In this document: positions 52,563-63,142 of the stretch, piece after piece
Layout of the letters: each line of letters starts with the position of its first letter
Numbering within the stretch: the stretch's first letter is position 1
From: Candidatus Woesearchaeota archaeon
Lineage (GTDB): Archaea; Nanobdellota; Nanobdellia; Pacearchaeales; GW2011-AR1
Direction of reading: 5' to 3'
Assembly (NCBI GenBank): GCA_964514585.1
Contig: CAZETU010000002.1
Location: 65,486-129,485, forward strand
Length of the DNA stretch: 64,000 nucleotides
The notes under the pieces: model-generated
Told to the model about the DNA's origin: nothing
The model's input: only the letters and a program-made list of their open reading frames with translations
Databases searched by the model: none
Program-made: the position numbers and the translations under genes

Positions 52563-52985
52563 ATGAGGATTTTTGTTGCTGGTAGTATGCAGTTTGCGAA
52601 GGAGATACTAGAAGCGTCAGAGAAACTTGATGAATGGGGGCATAAGTCTGCGTTTGCGCCGGATACTCATGATTGTGTTAAGGATTCTTCTTTGAACGAG
52701 AATGAGGGACATTGTTTTAATATTGATATAATGAGGGCGTGTATGAACGAACAAGAAAAGTGTGATGCGATATTAGTGTTGAATTACGACAAAAATGGTC
52801 AAAGGGGTTATCTTGGAGCACATGTGTTAATTGAATTGGGGTTGGCGTATTATTTAAAGCAAAAAATATTTTTGTTGCATTCGATTCCTTCGAAAGAAGA
52901 AATAAGGTATGCAGTTGAAGTTATGCACATGAAGCCAGTAATTCTTGAAGGAGATTTGGAAAAATTGAAAGAGTATGTTTTGTGA
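52563..52985 (+). CDS. Nucleoside 2-deoxyribosyltransferase-like protein
   Basis: MRIFVAGSMQF...CDAILVLNYDKNGQRGYLGAHVLIELGLAYYLKQKIFLL follows the NDT-like fold pattern. Confidence 0.5.
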   Translation: MRIFVAGSMQFAKEILEASEKLDEWGHKSAFAPDTHDCVKDSSLNENEGHCFNIDIMRACMNEQEKCDAILVLNYDKNGQRGYLGAHVLIELGLAYYLKQKIFLLHSIPSKEEIRYAVEVMHMKPVILEGDLEKLKEYVL

Positions 52986-52998
52986 TTAGTGGCGATAG

Positions 52999-53008
52999 TT
53001 TTATAAAG
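52999..53008 (+). promoter_or_regulatory. TATA box of the L7Ae operon
   Basis: ttttataaag. Predicted transcription start is near 53030. Confidence 0.5.
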
Positions 53009-53029
53009 CTAATTTTGAGTTTAATTATA

Positions 53030-53051
53030 CCAATGAAGGGTTATCCTGAGG
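53030..53051 (+). promoter_or_regulatory. K-turn (K-loop) motif in the rpl7ae 5' leader
   Basis: CC-AAU-GA-AGG-guuau-CCU-GA-GG: C-stem, 3-nt bulge, tandem sheared G.A pairs, closed NC stem. Confidence 0.6.
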
Positions 53052-53081
53052 GGACTTCTTGGAACTAAAATATACACTAAA

Positions 53082-53378
53082 ATGGTATCCATATATGACA
53101 TTGTAGAGAAAGCGGCTAAGACCGGAAAGGTTGACAAGGGCGTTAATGAAGTGACTAAAGCAGTTGAGCGGGGCGTCGCTAAGCTTGTTGTCGTTGCATC
53201 TGACGTTGACCCAAAGGAATTAACACAGCATTTGCCTATTCTTTGTAAAGAGAAAGGTATTAAGTTTGCTGAGGCTGATTCGAGAGAGAAGTTAGGATTC
53301 TCTGTTGGAATCAATAGACCTACTGCAGCAGTTGCAGTTGTTGAAGAGGGCGAGGCTAATCTTGACTCTCTTGAATAA
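53082..53378 (+). CDS. rpl7ae: Ribosomal protein L7Ae
   Basis: GVNEVTKAVERGVAKLVVVASDVDPKELTQHLPILCKEKGI. Confidence 0.85.
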   Translation: MVSIYDIVEKAAKTGKVDKGVNEVTKAVERGVAKLVVVASDVDPKELTQHLPILCKEKGIKFAEADSREKLGFSVGINRPTAAVAVVEEGEANLDSLE

Positions 53379-53471
53379 TTTCCTTAAAGGAAATATGAAT
53401 GCGACTGACTAATTAGACCATGGCACTCGAAGAGTACCAAAATATATAAGGAACAAAAAATAAGAAAAATT

Positions 53472-53780
53472 ATGGCAAAAGATAAAAAACAAGAACCAAA
53501 GAAACAAGAAAAGAAACAGGGAGCTTCGAAGGGTTCGGAGAACTTGACTTCAGAGGGTGCAGTTCCTGCGATTGTTGAGGCTGTTTTGGCTAGGGCTGGA
53601 ACAAGGGGCGAGATTACTCAGGTTAAGTGTAAGATTTTGCAGGGAAAGAATCGAGGAAAATCTATGAGGAGAAATGTTCGAGGACCGATTAAGAAGAGAG
53701 ATATTTTGATGCTTAGGGAAACTGAGATTGAGGCTAGAAGAGTTATGAAAAGAATAAATAAAGGTGGAGGCAGGGATTAA
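53472..53780 (+). CDS. rps28e: Ribosomal protein S28e with Lys-rich N-terminal extension
   Basis: GTRGEITQVKCKILQGKNRGKSMRRNVRGPIKKRDILMLRETEIEARR. Confidence 0.85.
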   Translation: MAKDKKQEPKKQEKKQGASKGSENLTSEGAVPAIVEAVLARAGTRGEITQVKCKILQGKNRGKSMRRNVRGPIKKRDILMLRETEIEARRVMKRINKGGGRD

Positions 53781-53781
53781 G

Positions 53782-54021
53782 ATGGATGGAGAACAGACTA
53801 GTGGATTGGCATTGAAGGTTTGGTGTGGACAACGGTTGAATTCCGATGAGGTTGCTATTGTTGATGGAATAGGTTTGGTTTATTTTGAGAGAGGTGGTTC
53901 TGGTCATGTTAGAACTTCTTCTTGGACACAGGTTCCAATTGAGCAAAGGAAAGCTCTGGGAGATAAGGGTATAATTTTTCATCATCCTCATTATGGGATG
54001 ACTAGGGAGGGGGTTGATTAA
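53782..54021 (+). CDS. Hypothetical 79-aa protein inserted between rps28e and rpl24e
   Basis: ATG 1 nt after the S28e stop. Its stop lies 1 nt before the L24e ATG. Confidence 0.55.
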   Translation: MDGEQTSGLALKVWCGQRLNSDEVAIVDGIGLVYFERGGSGHVRTSSWTQVPIEQRKALGDKGIIFHHPHYGMTREGVD

Positions 54022-54022
54022 G

Positions 54023-54289
54023 ATGCCAGTTTGTAGTTTTTGTAAAAGCCAATATGAATTTCCTAAGGGGACGACGGTTGTTCAGAAAGATGCGACTGTG
54101 AGATATTTTTGTTCTAGTAAATGTAGGAAGAATTCTGAGATGGGAAGACTTTCTAAGAAGGTTAAGTGGATTAGGAAGAGTGATGTTGTTAAGGATGAGA
54201 GGGCAAAGCATGAGGCTTCTTATAAGGCGAGGCAAGAAGCTTTGAAGGTTGCTGAGGAGGCTAAGGCTGCTCGGAAGACTAAGAAGTAA
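54023..54289 (+). CDS. rpl24e: Ribosomal protein L24e with basic C-terminal extension
   Basis: MPVCSFCKSQYEFPKGTTVVQKDATVRYFCSSKCRKN. Confidence 0.85.
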   Translation: MPVCSFCKSQYEFPKGTTVVQKDATVRYFCSSKCRKNSEMGRLSKKVKWIRKSDVVKDERAKHEASYKARQEALKVAEEAKAARKTKK

Positions 54290-54327
54290 TTCTAAAATTA
54301 TTTAAATACGGTTATTGTCGTGTTTGC

Positions 54328-54975
54328 ATGTGGGTTTTGAAATTAAAACTTGAAGCGAAAAATCAACTTCTTGGAAGTTTAGCAATGAAGCATGAAGTTT
54401 CTATGACTGGCTATCCTCTTTCTTATTGGAAGGATAAGAAATTTTTGTATTTGATGACTGCGGGGTTTATGTTTGGTGAGAAGAAAAATAAGAAAGCACT
54501 TGTTCGAGATGTGAAAAAAATGTCGGATTTTTTAGAATTTGAAGTGTCTGAGGATTTTGTGATATCTGTTTCGAAACAGCCCCTTTTTTCTGAACCTGCT
54601 TATAATCCAAAGATAATCAGAGTTGAACCTGCGATAATTAATAAGACTGGTTATCATATTTGGAATTTGGCAAGTTTTGATAGGAAAGCTCTTGAGGAAG
54701 TTTTGAGATTTACTGAAAAATATCTTGGCGCAAGTGTGCTTTATTTTAGGAAGGAGAGCGTTAGTAATATTTCTTTTACGAGGTTATTGCCTGAATTGAC
54801 TGGTAATCAGAAGAGGGCGTTGGAGATTGCTATTAATAATGGATATTATGAATATCCCAAAAATATTAAAATGGAAAAGCTTGCGAAAAAAATGGGAATT
54901 TCTTATTCTACATATCAAGCACATTTGAAGAAGGCAGAGGGGAAACTCTTGCCTGATGTTTACAAGGATTTGTAG
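54328..54975 (+). CDS. HTH_10 (Bat/DmsR-like) transcriptional regulator
   Basis: C-terminal LTGNQKRALEIAINNGYYEYPKNIKMEKLAKKMGISYSTYQAHLKKAEGKLL. Confidence 0.7.
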   Translation: MWVLKLKLEAKNQLLGSLAMKHEVSMTGYPLSYWKDKKFLYLMTAGFMFGEKKNKKALVRDVKKMSDFLEFEVSEDFVISVSKQPLFSEPAYNPKIIRVEPAIINKTGYHIWNLASFDRKALEEVLRFTEKYLGASVLYFRKESVSNISFTRLLPELTGNQKRALEIAINNGYYEYPKNIKMEKLAKKMGISYSTYQAHLKKAEGKLLPDVYKDL

Positions 54976-54989
54976 TTCTGAGCGTGAGA

Positions 54990-55003
54990 CACGACAATTG
55001 TCG
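54990..55003. promoter_or_regulatory. Palindromic box CACGACAATTGTCG abutting a TATA box
   Basis: cgacaattgtcg is a perfect 12-nt palindrome, followed directly by ctataaaaaatat. Confidence 0.5.
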
Positions 55004-55053
55004 CTATAAAAAATATAAGGGGTTTTTGTGTTGTTATTTTAAGGTAACTATAG

Positions 55054-55509
55054 ATGGAAAAGAAGAAAATATTGCAGCAAATTTTAGTAAAATATGTTTG
55101 TAGGGCTGGATCAAGAGCGCGTTATCCAATATCTACTGCGTCGAAAAATAGTGTTTCTATAACTGAGTTTGAAAGGTTTGTAAATACTATTACAGATATC
55201 CGAGGGATAGATGTTTATAATTTGAAAGAGATATTGTCTTCTAGTCAAGGACAAGGATTTTTTACTTTTGAGGGAGAATATTCTTCGGAAGCTACGGTTG
55301 AGAGATGTTATAATAAATTAAGAGCTCTCGTGGAGGATTCAGGGAGAAATATTGAAAGAAGTTCTGAGGTTCCTGGAAAACATCGGTTTGTTTATATTTC
55401 TCTTCCGAGAAATTGCATTAATCATAAGTATGTTCCTAATGTAAGGGATTATAGATATGTTGTTGAAGTAGCCGATCGATTTATATTGGAGCTTACTCTA
55501 AGGAAGTAA
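55054..55509 (+). CDS. Hypothetical protein
   Basis: 151-aa ORF downstream of the palindrome plus TATA. Confidence 0.5.
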   Translation: MEKKKILQQILVKYVCRAGSRARYPISTASKNSVSITEFERFVNTITDIRGIDVYNLKEILSSSQGQGFFTFEGEYSSEATVERCYNKLRALVEDSGRNIERSSEVPGKHRFVYISLPRNCINHKYVPNVRDYRYVVEVADRFILELTLRK

Positions 55510-55523
55510 GGAGCTAGATATAA

Positions 55524-57523
<2,000 letters not shown>

Positions 57524-57524
<1 letters not shown>

Positions 57525-57766
57525 TGGTAGAAAAGAATTCAGATGAAAAGACAATTAGGGTTTCGTTTTGTCCTAAGTGTAAGTCTAGGGATGTGAAATA
57601 TGTTTTTGGGCTTGGAAATTTATTTGGGGTTATACCTAAGATGAAGTGTGGTAAGTGTGGCTTGGAGTCGATTAGTTTTCCCGTTTTGGTTACAACTAAA
57701 AAATTATTGGAAGCTTCAAATAAGGCTAAGGTTAAGAAAGTTAAAAAGAAGGGGGCTAAGAAATGA
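57524..57766 (+). CDS. Zinc-ribbon protein with Lys-rich tail
   Basis: CPKC...CGKC. Start overlaps the gyrB stop. ATGA overlap with the next gene. Confidence 0.6.
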
Positions 57767-58116
57767 AGAGAGAAGTTGTTACGCTTTGTGGAAGTACTAG
57801 GTTTATGAAAGAGTTCAAAGAAGTTGAGCGTGCCTTGACACTTGATGGGAAAATTCCCTTGCCTCCTGCGATTTATGGTAAGGCGGAAGGAATTGGTGAT
57901 TATCCGGAAGAGCTTGGGAAACATTTATTTGATTTGCATTTAGATAAGATTAAAATGTCTGATTCTATTTTTGTGATTGACGTTGATGGATATATGGGTG
58001 GTTCTACTAAAAAAGAGATTGAATTTGCCGAGGGAGAGGGTAAGAATGTTAGATATTATTCTAAAGAGAAAGATTATATTAAAAGTAAGTTAGAAAAATT
58101 GGAGGTGAAGAAATGA
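57763..58116 (+). CDS. Nucleoside 2-deoxyribosyltransferase/Rcl-like small protein
   Basis: VVTLCGSTRF N-terminus (compare the Rcl/DNPH1 FCGSIRGG motif), then SDSIFVIDVDGYMGGSTKKEIEFAEGEGK. Confidence 0.45.
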   Translation: MKREVVTLCGSTRFMKEFKEVERALTLDGKIPLPPAIYGKAEGIGDYPEELGKHLFDLHLDKIKMSDSIFVIDVDGYMGGSTKKEIEFAEGEGKNVRYYSKEKDYIKSKLEKLEVKK

Positions 58117-60674
58117 CGCCGGAAGGAGAAGTTGAAGAGACTGAGGAAGTTCAGAATATTGAGGGTATGGATGAGGCGACTAAGGAAGCTGACGAGTTTG
58201 CGCAGAAGAGGGAGGAGATGAAGTCTTTAGTTAAGGCTAAGGAATTGATTGATGCTGAGGTTTCGTCGGAGATGCGTGAGGCTTATTTGAATTATGCAAT
58301 GTCGGTTATTGTTGCTCGAGCTTTGCCTTCGGCTGAAGATGGTTTAAAGCCGGTTCATCGAAGGATTCTTTGGGGGATGAATGAGATGGGCGTTTTTCAT
58401 AATAAACAGACTAAGAAGTCTGGTCGTATTGTTGGGGATGTTATGGGTAAGTATCATCCTCATGGGGACGCTTCGATTTACGAGGCTATGGTTAGGATGG
58501 CGCAGACTTGGACTTTGAGATACCCGTTGGTTATTGGTCAGGGTAATTTTGGTTCTATGGATGGGGACGGGGCTGCTGCGTCTAGGTATACTGAGGCTAA
58601 GATGCAAAAAATTAGCATGGAACTTCTTGAAGGTATTGATAAAAATACTGTTGAGATGACACCTAATTATGATAATTCTTTGGAGGAGCCGGTTATTTTG
58701 CCGGGTAAGCTTCCTACTCTGTTTTTGAATGGAGCTGCTGGTATTGCTGTTGGTATGGCTACGAATATTCCGCCGCATAATTTGAATAATACTTGTGATG
58801 CGATTTTGACTTATTTGGATAATCCGACTTGTGAGGATAATGAGTTGATTAAAGCGATTAAGGCTCCGGATTTTCCGACGGGTGGCCTAGTTAGTGGCGA
58901 GATTAAGAGAATTTATACTGAGGGTAAAGGTAGATTGATAATTGATGGTAAGGCGACTGTTGAGGAACCGAAGACGACGAAGGGAAGAACTAAGATTATT
59001 ATTACGGAGATTCCTTATCAGGTGAACAAGGCGACTTTGGTTGAGCAGGTTGCTCTTTTGACTCGGGACAAGAAGTTGCCTGATGTTTCTGATATTCGTG
59101 ATGAGTCGAGCAAGGGTAAGGTTCGGGTTGTGATTGAGCTTAGGAAGGATAGCGAGGCTAAGTTTACTTTGAATAGGTTGTATAAATATACGCAGCTTCG
59201 GACGAGTTTTAATGCGAATATGTTGGCGTTGGTGAATCGTGTGCCGAAGACTTTGAATTTGCGTGATTATATTAAAGTTTATGTCGGGCATAGACAGGTT
59301 ATTATTAGGAAGGCTAAGGAGTTTGATTTGGAGAGGGCGAAGAAGAGATTGCATATTGTTGATGGATTGTTGATTGCGCAGTCTAATATTGATGAAGTTG
59401 TTCGTTTGATTCGAGCGGCGAGGGGAAAGATTGAAGCTGCGGCTCAGTTGAAGGCAAAATATAATTTGACGGACAAACAGGTTGAGGCTATTTTGGATAT
59501 GAGGTTGCACCAGATTACTAGTTTGGAGTTTGACAAATTGAAGGGCGAGGAGAAGGACTTGAGGGTTTTGATTGATAGGTTGAATCGGATTCTTGGGGAT
59601 GAGAAGGAAATTTTGAAGATTATCAAGAAGGACTTGGAAGAGTTGAAAGAGAATTACGGGGACACTAGGAAGACGAAGATTGTTGGCGCGGCTGAGGATT
59701 TTGAGGAGAAGGACCTTGTTGATAAGAAGGATGTTGTTGTGACGATTACTGATAAGGGTTATATTAAGAGGATTGATTTGCAGCAGTATAAGGAGCAGCG
59801 TCGAGGTGGGAAGGGCGTGATTGGGTCGGATTTGACGGAGGGAGATTTTGTTAAGGAGTTGTTGACTTGTTCGACTCATGATTATATGTTGTTTTTTACG
59901 GACAAAGGAAAGGTTCATTGGTTGAAGGCTTATGAGGTTCCTGCTTCTGCTAAGTCGACGAAAGGGAAAGCGATTGTGAATTTGTTAGAGCTGAAGGATG
60001 AGAAGGTTACTAGTGTTTTGTCTGTAAGAGAGTTTAATGATTATTTGATGATGGCCACGGAGAAAGGTGTTGTTAAGAAGATTGAGTTGAGTCAGTTTAG
60101 TAATCCGCGGAAGGGTGGGATTAAGGCGATTAAGGTTGCTGAGACTGAGGATACTTTGATTAGTGTTAAGCCGATGAAGGAGAAGCAGGAAGTTCTTTTG
60201 GTTACAGCTAAGGGTCAGGCGATTCGGTTTGGTGGCAAGGATGTTCGGGCTATGGGTCGGGCTTCTTATGGTGTGACTGGAATTAAGTTAGATAAGGGAG
60301 ATAAGGTTGTGTCTTTGGAAGTTTTACCGATTGAGAATGCTAGTAAGTTTTCGGTTTTGACGATTACTAAGAATGGTTATGGGAAGAGGAGCGAGATTGA
60401 GGATTATCGTTTGACTGGTCGGGCTGGTAAGGGTGTTATTAATATGAGGGTGACTGATAAGACTGGTGAAATTATTACTTCGCAATCTGTGACGGATTCT
60501 GATAATATTATTGTGACGACGAAGAAGGGAATTGTGATTAGGACTCCTATTACGAATATTAGAATAATGGGACGAGCGACGCAAGGTGTTAGGATTATTA
60601 ATTTGAAGGAAGGGGATAAGGTTAGTGATTTGACTACGGTTCCAACGGATGAAGGGATAATTGAAAAGGCTTGA
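58113..60674 (+). CDS. gyrA: DNA gyrase subunit A
   Basis: AMSVIVARALPSAEDGLKPVHRRILW, catalytic-Tyr region AAASRYTEAKM, C-terminal beta-pinwheel repeats. Confidence 0.92.
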   Translation: MTPEGEVEETEEVQNIEGMDEATKEADEFAQKREEMKSLVKAKELIDAEVSSEMREAYLNYAMSVIVARALPSAEDGLKPVHRRILWGMNEMGVFHNKQTKKSGRIVGDVMGKYHPHGDASIYEAMVRMAQTWTLRYPLVIGQGNFGSMDGDGAAASRYTEAKMQKISMELLEGIDKNTVEMTPNYDNSLEEPVILPGKLPTLFLNGAAGIAVGMATNIPPHNLNNTCDAILTYLDNPTCEDNELIKAIKAPDFPTGGLVSGEIKRIYTEGKGRLIIDGKATVEEPKTTKGRTKIIITEIPYQVNKATLVEQVALLTRDKKLPDVSDIRDESSKGKVRVVIELRKDSEAKFTLNRLYKYTQLRTSFNANMLALVNRVPKTLNLRDYIKVYVGHRQVIIRKAKEFDLERAKKRLHIVDGLLIAQSNIDEVVRLIRAARGKIEAAAQLKAKYNLTDKQVEAILDMRLHQITSLEFDKLKGEEKDLRVLIDRLNRILGDEKEILKIIKKDLEELKENYGDTRKTKIVGAAEDFEEKDLVDKKDVVVTITDKGYIKRIDLQQYKEQRRGGKGVIGSDLTEGDFVKELLTCSTHDYMLFFTDKGKVHWLKAYEVPASAKSTKGKAIVNLLELKDEKVTSVLSVREFNDYLMMATEKGVVKKIELSQFSNPRKGGIKAIKVAETEDTLISVKPMKEKQEVLLVTAKGQAIRFGGKDVRAMGRASYGVTGIKLDKGDKVVSLEVLPIENASKFSVLTITKNGYGKRSEIEDYRLTGRAGKGVINMRVTDKTGEIITSQSVTDSDNIIVTTKKGIVIRTPITNIRIMGRATQGVRIINLKEGDKVSDLTTVPTDEGIIEKA

Positions 60675-60721
60675 GTAGAGTGCAATAATTCTTAAATAGG
60701 TTTTTTTGGTGAGTTTTTATT

Positions 60722-61144
60722 ATGGAAGTTAGGAAATTGGGTTATGTTTATCAGGTTGATTTGGCTAAATTAGCTCTTGAGGCTGGTAGAGAAGTGGATA
60801 GAGGTTTTGGTTGTGAAAAGTGGGGGTCTGCCGCATATCTTTCTTATTTTTTTCATATGTATGGGCACAAGAAGATTAATACTTTTTATGCTGCTTCGGT
60901 TATATCTACTCTTTTGGATGAGGAGATTCCTTCTACTAGAAGAAAGAAAGGTCTTGACTCTCGCGAGCAAGCCTTATTTGTTGCTAGTTATTTAAGAAAT
61001 TATCGTAAATTAAGTCGGGGAGATCAAGAACGTCTTAGAGGGATTTGTTATTTGACTTCGGGAGTTGCTGAGAGAATGAAGGATTTTAATGGAGAAACTG
61101 TTTTTGAAAAAATTATTTCTGGAGAAGCTGTTTTAGTGGGTTAA
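60722..61144 (+). CDS. Hypothetical protein
   Basis: 140-aa ORF with typical + strand codon usage. Confidence 0.5.
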   Translation: MEVRKLGYVYQVDLAKLALEAGREVDRGFGCEKWGSAAYLSYFFHMYGHKKINTFYAASVISTLLDEEIPSTRRKKGLDSREQALFVASYLRNYRKLSRGDQERLRGICYLTSGVAERMKDFNGETVFEKIISGEAVLVG

Positions 61145-61848
61145 ACTTTTTTGGGTACAGTTAGTTCTTGGATGTTTGGGGCCGTAGTGGATTTTGGTTT
61201 TTCTGGAGTTTTGGTTTTTTCTGGCAGAGAAGGTACTACTTTTTCTTTTTTGAAAATTTTTTTCGTGGCTGCTTCTGATGTGCTTTTTGGTTTTTGGTTT
61301 TTGAATACTTGAGGTATGCTTTTTCTCTCTTCTTTGGATTTAAATGTAGAGCTTGCCATTATTACGTTTATTGATATGTCGATTGCGTAGGCTAGGATTA
61401 GGTAGAGAATCATGTCGATTATTAGGTTTCCTAGTTTGAGTGGGAGTTCGCCTGGTTCCATCATTTTAAGTTCGAGGAATGTCCATGGTAGTCCGATTTT
61501 GACTGAGACGTCTATATCTCCTGCAATAAGTGATCCAAATGGGAATTGAATGAGTGCCATAATTAGAACGAATACAAAAATTCCTCCGAAAATGTAGCCG
61601 ACTTTTTTTGTTGGAATGAATGATTTTGGCATGGCTCTTCTGATGCTTTGGGCAAGTGTTTCTTTTCCAGCGAATCTATATCTGACGTTTTGGGGTGTGG
61701 TTTTTTTAGGGCTTGGTTTTATTTTTAGGGTTTTTGGTTTGGCGACTGTTTTTGGTTTTGCCATTGCTGATTTGTTTGGAATTGCATTTGTGACAGGTTT
61801 TTTTGGTGTTATAGAATTATTGTTTACCTCTTTTTGGATTTCGACCAT
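61141..61848 (-). CDS. Membrane protein with Lys/Pro-rich termini
   Basis: Central TM helices. KPKTVAKPKTLKIKPSPKK-type low-complexity flanks. Confidence 0.55.
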   Translation of the reverse strand: MVEIQKEVNNNSITPKKPVTNAIPNKSAMAKPKTVAKPKTLKIKPSPKKTTPQNVRYRFAGKETLAQSIRRAMPKSFIPTKKVGYIFGGIFVFVLIMALIQFPFGSLIAGDIDVSVKIGLPWTFLELKMMEPGELPLKLGNLIIDMILYLILAYAIDISINVIMASSTFKSKEERKSIPQVFKNQKPKSTSEAATKKIFKKEKVVPSLPEKTKTPEKPKSTTAPNIQELTVPKKV

Positions 61849-61885
61849 GTGATATTAAGGTAGTTTGGTTTTATAAATTTTGAGG

Positions 61886-63091
61886 CTAGATGATTTCGCC
61901 GAATCCGATTAATCGCCAGTGCCCATTTAGGTTTCTTGCGATTCCTATCGATTCGCCCTTGAGCGGGACTACTGGGATTTTTAGAGTTAGTTCAATTTCT
62001 TTTTCGTTGGTTTTTACGATTTGTCCAACGGTGATTGAAGTGTTTAGGCTAAGCATGAGCATTTCGCTGACTTTTGGTTTTTGAATTTCTTCATGTTTTC
62101 CTGTTCCGAATATTTCTTCGAATAGTGTGTATTGAATTGTTATTTTTTCTGTGATGTCTGGAAGATTCCCTATTTTTGAAGCCACTCCCCCAGATAATGC
62201 GTCGGCTTTTGTTAATGATGGATCAAGTTCAGTTTCGATTGCTAGGCTTCCTCCTGGGGTCGCTTCTGTGATTTTATGTTTCCCTCTTTGCATTGAGACT
62301 ATTTTTGATTGGACAGTTTTGTATTGGTATTGGTTGTGTTTTTTATGGGAGTATCCTGGTTTTATTTCTATTTCGTCGCCTACTTTTAGTATTCCTTGTT
62401 TTAGTGCGCCTCCGAGGATTCCTCCATGAAGTTCATTTATTGTTGTTCCTGGTTTGTTGATGTCGAAACTTCTTGCGATTAGGAATATTGGCATTTCTTC
62501 TTTGTGGGGTTTTTCTATTTTTATGTTACAGAGTTCTTCTAGTACTTTGTCGAGATTAACTCCTTGTAGTGCTGATGTTGGTATGATTGGTGCGTCTTCA
62601 GCGATGGTTCCTTTGACAAATTCTTTGATGTCTTTGTAATTTTTCATTGCTTGTTCTTTTGATATTAGATCGATTTTATTTTGAACGATAATTACTTTTT
62701 TGATTTTTTTTGCCTTTAGTGCGACGAGGTGTTCTTGTGTTTGAGGTCTTATCCCTTCGTTGGCTGCGACGACTAATATTGCTGCGTCCATTATTGCTGC
62801 GCCGGAAAGCATTGTTGCCATTAGCATTTCGTGCCCTGGTGCGTCGACGAACGTGATATATCTAATAGGTTTTCCTTTAGATTTAGCATCAACTGTGAAT
62901 TTCCCGTTTTCGTTTTTGACAATTGCATCTGCGTATCCGAGTTTTATTGTGATTCCTCTTTTGAGTTCTTCAGAATGTGTGTCTGCCCATTTGCCTGATA
63001 GTTTTTGTAGAAGTGTTGTTTTGCCGTGATCGATATGTCCGACTATTCCGACGTTTATTGTGTCAATTTTTGATATGTCTGATTCTGTCAT
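61886..63091 (-). CDS. eif2g: Translation initiation factor aIF2 gamma subunit
   Basis: VGHIDHGKTTL, DAPGHE, NKID, domains II/III. Confidence 0.9.
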   Translation of the reverse strand: MTESDISKIDTINVGIVGHIDHGKTTLLQKLSGKWADTHSEELKRGITIKLGYADAIVKNENGKFTVDAKSKGKPIRYITFVDAPGHEMLMATMLSGAAIMDAAILVVAANEGIRPQTQEHLVALKAKKIKKVIIVQNKIDLISKEQAMKNYKDIKEFVKGTIAEDAPIIPTSALQGVNLDKVLEELCNIKIEKPHKEEMPIFLIARSFDINKPGTTINELHGGILGGALKQGILKVGDEIEIKPGYSHKKHNQYQYKTVQSKIVSMQRGKHKITEATPGGSLAIETELDPSLTKADALSGGVASKIGNLPDITEKITIQYTLFEEIFGTGKHEEIQKPKVSEMLMLSLNTSITVGQIVKTNEKEIELTLKIPVVPLKGESIGIARNLNGHWRLIGFGEII

Positions 63092-63142
63092 ATAGTATTG
63101 TAAAAAAAAGAGTTTTTAAGGGTTCTGTAGAATTGTTTGATA

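Noticed and set aside
53379-53471. The L7Ae-S28e intergenic region, examined for a C/D or H/ACA guide RNA (atgaatg...ctga).
   Set aside because: The box sequences deviate from RUGAUGA/CUGA, there is no second box pair and no ACA. Only short hairpins are present.
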